DNA of 64,000 nt from Candidatus Altarchaeum sp. (GTDB lineage: Archaea > Altiarchaeota > Altiarchaeia > Altiarchaeales > Altiarchaeaceae). The stretch spans positions 1 through 64,000 of the forward strand of contig JAGWDQ010000044.1 in the NCBI GenBank assembly GCA_018260615.1, read 5' to 3'. The notes under the pieces are model-generated. The model was not told the origin of the DNA. It worked only from the letters and a program-made list of their open reading frames with translations, and ran no database searches. The first letter of the stretch is position 1. Each line of letters starts with the position of its first letter. Made by a program: the position numbers and the translations under genes. Shown here one piece after another: positions 28,946-38,018 of the stretch.

Positions 28946-29701
28946 TTAAAATTCTAACTTCTTCCCGTCATCTGCAATTTCTATATCATTCAGGGACTTT
29001 AAATTTAGCCGCTTTGCTGTCTTTTCATATCCGAACCGGACAGGTGTTTCCGAAATGAGAATGTAAGCTGCAATCTCCTTTATATTTAACTTTGCCGCTG
29101 CAACCGCTCTGTGATGCCCGTCTATTATAAAATTTTTATTATTTGTCCGCAGCACAACAATCGGCTCGTTTAAATTTTTCTGTATTTCATACATTCTTCC
29201 CTGCAATTCATCCGCCTCTATATTGCTTTGCGTGGGAATTAAGTCACGGACATTTACATTTTCTTCCAGTATGGAAATTTCACAATCGTGTAAATTTTCA
29301 AATATATCCTTTATCTTTAAGACCTTATCATAAGACGAATGTTCTATTTCCGCCCTTAAAATATCAGTGTTTGAAATCATTCCGATAAATTTATTGGTTT
29401 CTCCGATAACAGGCAAACCGGAAATACCTTTTCTCCACATAATCTTTGCGGCGCGGGAAATTTCCATATCCGGTGTAGCAACAATCACATCCTTCCGCAT
29501 AAATTTATCTATTGTTGCCTTTGGATTCCTGAATAATATATCCAGAACCGAAATGAACCCGACAAGTTTCTCATTTTCAACAACCGGAAATCCGACATGC
29601 TGATATTTTAATACCATTCTTTCCACTTCTTCAACGGTAAATTTGGGCATTACGATAATTATGTCTGTGTGAAGATAGTCCTTTACATATTTTTTATCCA
29701 T
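28946..29701 (-). CDS. CBS-pair plus ParB/Srx-like domain protein
   Basis: Two CBS motifs; LIPTQ, IIDGHHRAVAA. Confidence 0.85.
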   Translation of the reverse strand: MDKKYVKDYLHTDIIIVMPKFTVEEVERMVLKYQHVGFPVVENEKLVGFISVLDILFRNPKATIDKFMRKDVIVATPDMEISRAAKIMWRKGISGLPVIGETNKFIGMISNTDILRAEIEHSSYDKVLKIKDIFENLHDCEISILEENVNVRDLIPTQSNIEADELQGRMYEIQKNLNEPIVVLRTNNKNFIIDGHHRAVAAAKLNIKEIAAYILISETPVRFGYEKTAKRLNLKSLNDIEIADDGKKLEF

Positions 29702-29849
29702 AATTAAATTTTATAAATTTAAAATTATAAGCAAAGTCGTAATTATAAAAAATTTTGCCAAAACATTAAAAATAGACCTGTTGCTAATTAAAATTTCATA
29801 ATGTGAAATATGTAAAATTCAAAGATAGAATAGTTATTTGACAACAACC

Positions 29850-30881
29850 CTAATCTATAGAGAGCTTATTTTGTTTACTTATTATTGTCTGCACAATTCG
29901 TGGAAGAGGTATTTTACATTCTCCTTCGGGCATCGTTATTTTCCATCTAAATATAGGTATTTCAATCTCAGCACCATTTATAGTTTTGTCTTTGTCGTCA
30001 AGAACTTTTATCGTGACTGTTTTGGCAGCATATTGCAAAGTCCCAAGCAATTGTGCTTTTTCAACATCGGGTGAAGGGGAATAAAAACAACCCTTATCAT
30101 CTGTTTTGGCTTCAATGTTATTTCCCCCAAATTTTATTTTTATTGGCACATCAACATTTATACTCTTATAATCTAAACGATATAAAAATATCGGCAAAGA
30201 AAAGCTAAACATCTCTTCATGGTTCTCTCCTTCCAGTTTTTTTTCCCACATCACCAATATCGTTCCAAAAGTGTTTGCAACAAGGGCACCAATTGACATC
30301 GCAATTATGAGATCTTTTGTTTCATCAAGAAATAAAGATAACCAAGCTAAACCACCTAAAATAAAGAACAGAATGATTCCAAACAACATAACCGTTTTAC
30401 GGTTTTCTGAAGAGGTCTTTTCTGAGCGTGCAAAAATCTCTAAAATAATAAAAATAATGATTGCAAAAACAACCACCGAAAATATTAATGAGAGGAGATT
30501 TTCTCCATTCCACATACTTCCCGCAGCAACGATTGCAGGAATGTAATGCAAATCTGCAACGAATGACGATATTAGAGCCATCATAATAATTATTGTTATT
30601 TTAGATGATTTTCCATCCATTCTATTTTCTTTGTCTATTTGATGTCTATGCAAAAAGTCCACGAACTTCCTGAGTGTTGCAGCAATGGATAGTAACGCTA
30701 TTATTAGAAGTTCCCAAAATGTTTTAAAAAACTCCCAAAATCCTATTTTAGAGATTTCCGAAGCATCAACGCTCATTATATGCACTAAAAAAGTTACATT
30801 AAATGTTAAAATCATAAATTGTAATACAAAAGTCACTGGAAGTATTCCTATGCCTTTCTTTATTTTTGATGTATATGTCAT
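29850..30881 (-). CDS. Multi-TM protein with shared QxxxxTFN / ADxH / GAxxAN module
   Basis: Long ORF; motifs shared with the two upstream genes. Confidence 0.7.
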   Translation of the reverse strand: MTYTSKIKKGIGILPVTFVLQFMILTFNVTFLVHIMSVDASEISKIGFWEFFKTFWELLIIALLSIAATLRKFVDFLHRHQIDKENRMDGKSSKITIIIMMALISSFVADLHYIPAIVAAGSMWNGENLLSLIFSVVVFAIIIFIILEIFARSEKTSSENRKTVMLFGIILFFILGGLAWLSLFLDETKDLIIAMSIGALVANTFGTILVMWEKKLEGENHEEMFSFSLPIFLYRLDYKSINVDVPIKIKFGGNNIEAKTDDKGCFYSPSPDVEKAQLLGTLQYAAKTVTIKVLDDKDKTINGAEIEIPIFRWKITMPEGECKIPLPRIVQTIISKQNKLSID

Positions 30882-30940
30882 TTTACTTTTATATTAATTG
30901 TTTATATCATTAATTAAATTATTTTATAAGAATAAATAAA

Positions 30941-33142
30941 TTAAATTTCAAATTTTATCTCTTTTTCCTTACCTTTCATGCTTCCGATTACTATTGCCCC
31001 CAATGCAACAACATTTGCTATAAACGCACCAATAGCGAGTGACCATGAAAACGAGGGATCATAAAGATAAAACATAATTGCAAATATAAAATGAATATCA
31101 GCTGCAATTGAGGCGACGATTGCTATTAAAGCATATATACTTTCTTCATTATCCTTTAGATGTCTGTCTACTTTAATAAAAGTCGTTAATAAAGATGCAA
31201 CCCCTGAAATAAACAATATAGAAAACGAAGTTTTATCCAATATAAATCCTATATTAAATGTTACTGCAAGTGTTTGCAGCAATATCGCTGCGTATGTCAA
31301 CAATAGAGTAGTTTCTCTTGTAATGTATTTTTTCAAAAACTCCTGCCTAAATGTAATAAAAATCTTTCCATAATTCCAAGTCGCGTATGGGTCATTAGCA
31401 TCTGTTGAACAAATATAATTATTGATTTTATCTGCAAATTTCTTACGGATTTCTTTTCTAAATTCTTTCCATGGTTTGACTTCATCCGTAGCAAAAATAA
31501 ATCTCCCTATTTTTCCTGCATAAGATATGAAAAATAACCACAACATAAATAAAATAAACCACAATAAAAAGTGGTATGCAAAGGATAGGTTTCTTACTTC
31601 TTCACAAATATTAAAAAGAAAAGCAACTGATAAAAAAGATAAAAGCATGGCTGTACCTATACCTGCCCATTCTGAGGCATTATCTTTTTTATTTTTTTCT
31701 GTGCTGCTGATTATTCTTACCAATGTGAAAAAGACAAAAAACAACATTATAATTATACTTGCCATTATAATGGAAAGTGTTTCAATGATTGGTGAGGATT
31801 CAAAACTATTCATTAACAAACCAATTACAATAAAAATTATCCCTATGCTTCCAATGTAAAAAAATAGGTCTTTTATTATATCTAAACGCGATCTTGTTGC
31901 ACCTATTGTCTGTTCAAATGCTCGCGCATAGGTGATTATATTTAATGTAATCCAAAACATAGAAACCATCGTGACCATTACAATTATGATAAGTTCTACA
32001 ACACGTGCCGGTGTGCCAACGACAAATATTCTGGAGGAAATATTCTCAAAAATATCTATTCCCATTACTCTAAAAATGATTGTTATGAAGGATAACACTA
32101 CTCCTATCATAAATAGAGGTTGTAAAATTCTTAGTGCCAGTTGAGCAGATCGCATATCATCAGTCAGCTTGAGATTTATATTATCAGTTACGAAATTGTC
32201 AATTTCATTATGGGTTTCACCCATAAGATTTGTGTGTTGATATATTTCTGTGTGAAGGTCTTCTCTATTAAATTTTTTTGATTCGAGATTATTGCCCTTC
32301 TTTTTGAATTCTTTTATTTTTGGCTTATCACAAATATCCATATTCCACACATTTGCAAATAGTTTATTAAGCAACGAGAATTTATCTAACCTCCCCCTTA
32401 TTATACTTACACCTTCCCTATATTGTGCGGTTCTAACATCAACATAACGCTTGATGTCGTCCCAGCTTTTTGTTGTGTCCTCCACATGGTACAAAACAGC
32501 AGTTTTTAGTGTGGTGTAAAGGTGATGTTGAATGCATAAACTTTTCAGCAGATCTTTATTACCATTTGTATTAATTACTGTATTGTTACTTAATGATGCT
32601 TCCCACTTATCATCATTATTATTTCCACACTTATCATCATTATTATTTCCACACTTATCATTATTATTATTTCCACAAGAATATTCTATTTTCAACACAT
32701 TCCAGATAGATTTTATTTCGTATTTTCCATCTATATCCTTCTTGTTCAACAATGGAAAAGATATTCCATAAAGTGCGCTTTCTAAGTCCAATCTCCCTTT
32801 CTCTTTTTTATCAGTCTGATCCAATGATTTTATAAATCCTTCATACAATGCTTCACCCGGAGTTTTAATCCCTTTGACAATTTCAGTTAAAAATGCTTTT
32901 TTTAAAGATTTTTCTTCAGAATCATTTTCACAAATAATATAAGCAACTCCCCACCGAGTCAGATAACATTCCCCATTTTTATTAAATTTGTTAACAATTC
33001 TTATTGCATCAAGTTTATAGAAAGGATCGACACTGGAGGATAAACTGCCAATAGTATGATCCTCTTTGCTCTTTTCAATCTCTTCTTTGAGATATTTAAA
33101 TTCCCGATGATCTATAAGAGTATAAAATGGTTTGATAATCAT
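30941..33142 (-). CDS. Large multi-TM protein with soluble N-domain and C-terminal shared module
   Basis: Long ORF; ATGA overlap with 33139 gene. Confidence 0.75.
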   Translation of the reverse strand: MIIKPFYTLIDHREFKYLKEEIEKSKEDHTIGSLSSSVDPFYKLDAIRIVNKFNKNGECYLTRWGVAYIICENDSEEKSLKKAFLTEIVKGIKTPGEALYEGFIKSLDQTDKKEKGRLDLESALYGISFPLLNKKDIDGKYEIKSIWNVLKIEYSCGNNNNDKCGNNNDDKCGNNNDDKWEASLSNNTVINTNGNKDLLKSLCIQHHLYTTLKTAVLYHVEDTTKSWDDIKRYVDVRTAQYREGVSIIRGRLDKFSLLNKLFANVWNMDICDKPKIKEFKKKGNNLESKKFNREDLHTEIYQHTNLMGETHNEIDNFVTDNINLKLTDDMRSAQLALRILQPLFMIGVVLSFITIIFRVMGIDIFENISSRIFVVGTPARVVELIIIVMVTMVSMFWITLNIITYARAFEQTIGATRSRLDIIKDLFFYIGSIGIIFIVIGLLMNSFESSPIIETLSIIMASIIIMLFFVFFTLVRIISSTEKNKKDNASEWAGIGTAMLLSFLSVAFLFNICEEVRNLSFAYHFLLWFILFMLWLFFISYAGKIGRFIFATDEVKPWKEFRKEIRKKFADKINNYICSTDANDPYATWNYGKIFITFRQEFLKKYITRETTLLLTYAAILLQTLAVTFNIGFILDKTSFSILFISGVASLLTTFIKVDRHLKDNEESIYALIAIVASIAADIHFIFAIMFYLYDPSFSWSLAIGAFIANVVALGAIVIGSMKGKEKEIKFEI
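32607..32678. repeat. 24-bp coding tandem repeat x3 (CGNNNDDK)
   Basis: TTATCATCATTATTATTTCCACAC units. Confidence 0.9.
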
Positions 33143-34698
33143 TCTTCCTTTTTTTCCGTTTTAATAATAATTAATTCATAACTTATTACACTTAAACTTA
33201 TGAGATTTGCCAGTAATGCCCCAACAACAAGTAATTTTATTTCTCCGATAAGCAATGGTGCGGTAATGAGTATAAAGATTGCCGGAATATAATGAAAATC
33301 CGCAATGATTGAAAAAATGAAGCCAACAAGATCCGGATTTATCTTTTTTTCACCTTGTTTATATTTTTGCAGTTTTAATATAGTTGCAAGAAATGACAAA
33401 ATAGTTAAGAAAAACAGTGTCCAATGAAACAAGATATCTTCATGTATATGACCATCAGCATTAAATTGTATCGTTATATCTGTTTTGCTTATATTTGAAT
33501 TGCTTGCTGTGGAGTTGTTTATGCCTAAATTCTGTGCTGTGGAGTTATATAATCTTAAGGTGTTTGTCGCTGTGTTATTGTTTGTAGTAGTGTTTGTGTT
33601 ATATTCTGTTGTTGTGTTATTGCTTCCCGATATCGTATTCAATGTTGTAGTATTGCCTGTTGTTGTGGTGTTTGTCGTTAGATTGCTGCTTCCAACGTTT
33701 GTATTATTTTCTGTTGTTGTATTTTCCCCGACACTTGTATTATTCATATTTGAAATTTTTGGATTGGTGGACAGATATTCAAAGCCCGTATATCTTATAT
33801 CAACATTTTTAGAGTGGTCACTGAAAAAAAAGTTAGTTCCTTGTAAATCAAAATACACACCGAAATATGTGCAACTTTTACCTTCTATTTTCATTCTGTT
33901 TGGGTAATCTCTAAATGAACCATTTAGATCTCCCTCGAACTTCATGTTTATATTACACTGAACGGGTCTCACTATTTTCTGGCAAATTCCTTTATATACC
34001 TCAAAAATACATGGATTTTCTCGATTCGTTTTATCTGTAATCTTTCCCGAAATATTTGCAATGACCGAATCATTAATTTTTATATATTTGTATATGCGTA
34101 ATTGTTCACCAGAATGTTCTATCTTATAAAAATCATCCGTATTGTTATATACCTCCCAATTTTTCTCATCTATTTTGTAAATCATTGCGATATCTGAAAG
34201 AGATGCACTCCTATTATTAAAGGCATTAATAAGATTTTTATCAACTTTGTCATTTTTGAGGAAATATTCGTAATCAGATTCCAAGTCAAATAAATGTGAA
34301 TAATTATATGCGCTTCTATGTAAAGTTCCGTTAATGTCTGAAACAGAAATCCTGTAAACCTCCTTTAAATTTTGATCATGTTCTAAATTTATAGTAGAAC
34401 TCATATTGAAATAAAACCAATACTTGTAGGAAAAATTAAATTTTGTCGTATTAATCTCACAGACAATTTTTCTATCGCCAGGAAATTTACAATCGTCATC
34501 TTTAAGTGTTAAATTTTTGTGCGGTTGTGTTAAAATAGAAGAAATAGCAGAATTTACAAGATATTTCTCTTCAAGCATGGATAACTCATCTATTGAATTA
34601 ATTTCATATAAATAAGAAACATTGAAAGTCACCATTAATATTTGAATTATGAAAATTATAATTGCTAAATTCCAATTTTGTTTTTCGTTGTTTGTCAT
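33139..34698 (-). CDS. Membrane protein with large external loop (Asn/Thr-rich linker) inside the shared module
   Basis: TM1 at N-terminus, three TM segments at C-terminus. Confidence 0.75.
   Translation of the reverse strand: MTNNEKQNWNLAIIIFIIQILMVTFNVSYLYEINSIDELSMLEEKYLVNSAISSILTQPHKNLTLKDDDCKFPGDRKIVCEINTTKFNFSYKYWFYFNMSSTINLEHDQNLKEVYRISVSDINGTLHRSAYNYSHLFDLESDYEYFLKNDKVDKNLINAFNNRSASLSDIAMIYKIDEKNWEVYNNTDDFYKIEHSGEQLRIYKYIKINDSVIANISGKITDKTNRENPCIFEVYKGICQKIVRPVQCNINMKFEGDLNGSFRDYPNRMKIEGKSCTYFGVYFDLQGTNFFFSDHSKNVDIRYTGFEYLSTNPKISNMNNTSVGENTTTENNTNVGSSNLTTNTTTTGNTTTLNTISGSNNTTTEYNTNTTTNNNTATNTLRLYNSTAQNLGINNSTASNSNISKTDITIQFNADGHIHEDILFHWTLFFLTILSFLATILKLQKYKQGEKKINPDLVGFIFSIIADFHYIPAIFILITAPLLIGEIKLLVVGALLANLISLSVISYELIIIKTEKKEE
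34090..34296 (-). mobile_element. Putative in-frame 69-aa insertion (HLF...LRIY) in the 33139 gene
   Basis: Same (Y/H)LF...IY boundaries and CATATAC end as the radC inserts; degenerate flanking repeat. Confidence 0.45.
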
Positions 34699-34773
34699 TA
34701 TTAAATATATCTAATATTAAATATATGGAATAAGAATTTATATAATAAGTAAAAATTAAAAATATTATAAAAA

Positions 34774-35160
34774 ATGGAATTTGCAACATGTTTAAATTGT
34801 ATGGATGGCAGAGTGCAATTACCTGTTATCAGTTGGATAAAGGAGAACTATGCTGCTGATTATGTGGATATGATAACAGACGCCGGAATGGATGGTGTTT
34901 TAGCAGGTGAAAATTATAAAGATATGGAAGGCATTCTTAAAAAAATAGATATCTCTCTTAAAAAACCTAATTTAAATATTATTTTTGTGGTTGGGCACCA
35001 TGATTGCGTTGGTAATCCTGTGGATGATGAAACCCACAATAGACAAATCCATATTGCAGTGGAAAAGGTGAAAAATTTGCGATCGTCTGCACAGATAATT
35101 GGATTGTGGGTCTCAAATATCTCAAATGAATGGAAAGTTGAAAAAATAACTGAAAAATAA
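34774..35160 (+). CDS. Putative beta-class-like carbonic anhydrase
   Basis: CMDGR and HHDC metal-ligand motifs. Confidence 0.75.
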   Translation: MEFATCLNCMDGRVQLPVISWIKENYAADYVDMITDAGMDGVLAGENYKDMEGILKKIDISLKKPNLNIIFVVGHHDCVGNPVDDETHNRQIHIAVEKVKNLRSSAQIIGLWVSNISNEWKVEKITEK

Positions 35161-35357
35161 AAGGTAAAAGATGACCGGATTGCTATTGGAAAGATTTAAG
35201 AATAATATTGCTCTCTTGAAAAGCGGAAAAGCAAAGATAAAACTGGGAAAATCGTTTTCTATTGTTTTTGGAAACGAATAATTTAAATTTATTTTCGTAA
35301 AAATATAGTTTATAGGTATGATAAAAAATTTTACAAAGACATTAAAAATTAGACAGA

Positions 35358-36089
35358 ATGCTCAATACAGTTATTATTTTAACGGACTTTGAGGACTTTT
35401 ACACCCTGCAAATAACCGGAAAAATTTTATCCGTCAGTCAAAAAAATTTACAAATCCGGACATTAAGGGTCAGGAATTATTCAGTAATTGAGGTCTCTTT
35501 TTTAATTTCACAAATTTCCAAATTTTTTGAAAAGACAATTTTTGTCTGTGTTATTGACCCCTATGTCGGAACAAAAAGGAGAGCCGTAATAATTGAGAAA
35601 GACGGGAATTTATTTGTCGGGCCTGACAATGGAATTTTTTCAATGCTCGCTCAAAACATAAATCGGGTTGTGGAAATAGACGAAAATAAATTTAGCAACA
35701 TAAGTAAGACATTTCACGGAAGGGATATATTTGCTGTAATTGCGGGAGAAATTTTAAACGGAAAAATGCCTGACAATTTTGGAAAAACTGATAAAACAAA
35801 AAAGATAAAGGTGCTAAATTTAAAGGACAAAATTTTATACATTGACAATTTTGGAAACATTATAACAGGTCTGAGGAACGAATATGCGAAATTTAAGGTC
35901 GGGGAAGAAGTAAAGCTCAAAATAAAAGGGCGGGAAATAAGTGCAAGATTTGTTGAGACATTTGCCGATGAGAAGGAAAAACTGGGCGTTTATTGCGGCA
36001 GTTCGGGATTTATTGAAATAGGAAAATTTAGAAAAAATGCGGGTGAAATTTTGAAGGTAAAAGTGGGGGATAAATTGGAAATATGCTGA
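35358..36089 (+). CDS. SAM hydroxide adenosyltransferase / chlorinase-fluorinase family
   Basis: VIDPYVGT.RR, GPDNG, TFHGRDIF, IDNFGN. Confidence 0.9.
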   Translation: MLNTVIILTDFEDFYTLQITGKILSVSQKNLQIRTLRVRNYSVIEVSFLISQISKFFEKTIFVCVIDPYVGTKRRAVIIEKDGNLFVGPDNGIFSMLAQNINRVVEIDENKFSNISKTFHGRDIFAVIAGEILNGKMPDNFGKTDKTKKIKVLNLKDKILYIDNFGNIITGLRNEYAKFKVGEEVKLKIKGREISARFVETFADEKEKLGVYCGSSGFIEIGKFRKNAGEILKVKVGDKLEIC

Positions 36090-36092
36090 TTT

Positions 36093-36150
36093 AAAATAAA
36101 ACAAAACTGTTTCAAAACAAAACTGTTTCAAAACAAAATCGTTTCAAAAC
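36093..36150. repeat. 16-bp tandem repeat AAAACAAAA(CT/TC)GTTTC x3; related copy at 39294-39318
   Basis: Seen directly. Confidence 0.85.
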
Positions 36151-36294
36151 GCAATATCTCTTATTTCTAAATCCGAGACAAATCTAAAAATTTTGAAACA
36201 TATCATTAGAATGTTCTGTTTTAATTTAGCAAATTTAATGTTAATTTAACCAAAATTTAATTTATTATTAATTTGATTAACAACAACTCTTTAT

Positions 36295-37995
36295 ATGTTA
36301 ACTAAAATGATAATTAATAATTGTGATTTTGAAATTGTCAGAATATTGATTGAGAATGAAAAGATGACCTTAAAAGAAATACAAAACAAAGTTCAAAAAT
36401 CCAGAATTTCTGTTTATAAATCGCTGAATAAAATGGAATCGCTCGGAGTTATTGATAAGAGAAAAAATTTGATAAATCTGCGGAAAAATCCACTGACAAT
36501 TGCATTCTCTAATTTAATAACAGAGGACTTTCCATTAGAATACCTGACCGGCAGGAAGTTAAACATTTTAATTGAACTTATTGATGGTGCAAGTGTAAGT
36601 GAATTGTGTAATAATATGGGAATTTCACTGTCATCGGCATACAGGAATATAAGGGAAATTTTGCCAGTTTTAACTGAAAGTTCCGGTGAGTATGGACTAA
36701 ATGATAAAAATAAGACATTAATTGAATTCTTAAGACATATCAAAAACAGGGCTGAATTTCAAAGTGGTACAATAGTTGTGTGGAAAAAACATTTTGAAAA
36801 GTTTATTATGACAAAAAAAGCAATACTTGTTTCAGAGGCAGTACTTACTGGTTTTTCAAGATTTTCAGAGTTTGGTGTTGAATATCACACAATTTATGAT
36901 TATTATTTCTCACCGAAAAAAGATGTTTCAATTGAAGAGATTCTCGTTCATGCTATAAAATCTGCCAAAGATGCCAATATGCTTTCAATGTGTATAATCT
37001 TTTATCTCAAAAACAAGGAAAGAATAGATATATTTAAGGTGGAGAGTCAATCAAAAAAATACAATGTCCTTAATTTATGGATAGATATTGCAGCATACAT
37101 TGAAGGTACCGAAACAGAAATAAAAAACAAAGGTATGTTCCTTCCCAAATCGGAATTTATTGAGAAAGCGAATGTGTATAATGTATCCTTTGTTATAAAA
37201 TATCGCAATGAAAATTTATTTTCAATTTTTGATGAAATTTCAGCAAAGACGCAAATAAAAAATAAAATTAAAATTTATATGCTTGGTGGCGGCGCACTTA
37301 TACTATACGGGATAAAGGAAACAACAAAAGATATTGATATAATTGTCGAAAATCATAAGGACTTTGATATACTAGAAGGTCTGTTTTTAAGCGCTAATTT
37401 CCACGAAGTTGCGGATGTTACGCCGGCATATAAAAATCTTTGCACAAGCACAATTTTGGAGCGTGAAAATTCGCCGAGAATTGACATATTTATTAAAAAG
37501 GTGTGCGGAGGAATTGTTCTTACGAACTCACTGAAAAGCAGAGCTAAGCTTGAATTTGAAAAAAATAATTTTAAAATTTATATTTTATCACCCGAAGACA
37601 TTTTTCTTTTCAAAGCATATTCATCAAGGGAAGGAGACATCATTGACTGTGAGAGGATTCTCTCGAAAAAGAAACTTGACTGGGAAATAATTTTAAATGA
37701 ATACAAAAAACAGCAAAAAAACATGAGTGCCTTTTGGGGCAATGCGATACTTGACCATATTGAAATGCTGGAAACAAGAACCGGAATAAAAATTCCAATA
37801 ACTAAAAAATTAGCCCGGATTTGTCTTGAAAATGCAATTTTATACATAACTAAAAAACCAAAAACAATAAATGAAATTAAAAAAGAAATTGATTTTAACG
37901 AATATATGATAAGAAACACCATTAAACGACTAATTAACCGGAAAAAAATAAAAAAAATTAATGAAAGACCAATTAAATTTGTTACAGTAAATTGA
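36295..37995 (+). CDS. HTH domains fused to a nucleotidyltransferase-fold domain (AbiE-like fusion)
   Basis: Two N-terminal wHTH; GGGALILYGIKETTKDID NTase motif; LFKAYSSREGDIID; C-terminal wHTH. Confidence 0.7.
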   Translation: MLTKMIINNCDFEIVRILIENEKMTLKEIQNKVQKSRISVYKSLNKMESLGVIDKRKNLINLRKNPLTIAFSNLITEDFPLEYLTGRKLNILIELIDGASVSELCNNMGISLSSAYRNIREILPVLTESSGEYGLNDKNKTLIEFLRHIKNRAEFQSGTIVVWKKHFEKFIMTKKAILVSEAVLTGFSRFSEFGVEYHTIYDYYFSPKKDVSIEEILVHAIKSAKDANMLSMCIIFYLKNKERIDIFKVESQSKKYNVLNLWIDIAAYIEGTETEIKNKGMFLPKSEFIEKANVYNVSFVIKYRNENLFSIFDEISAKTQIKNKIKIYMLGGGALILYGIKETTKDIDIIVENHKDFDILEGLFLSANFHEVADVTPAYKNLCTSTILERENSPRIDIFIKKVCGGIVLTNSLKSRAKLEFEKNNFKIYILSPEDIFLFKAYSSREGDIIDCERILSKKKLDWEIILNEYKKQQKNMSAFWGNAILDHIEMLETRTGIKIPITKKLARICLENAILYITKKPKTINEIKKEIDFNEYMIRNTIKRLINRKKIKKINERPIKFVTVN

Positions 37996-38018
37996 TTTGC
38001 CTGATAATTTTGAGCATG

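Noticed and set aside
33485-33760. Asn/Thr-rich low-complexity stretch
   Set aside because: Ordinary linker, likely glycosylated, in a surface loop
35171-35281. 36-aa ORF MTGLLLERFKNN...
   Set aside because: No recognisable homology or other support; could be a gene remnant
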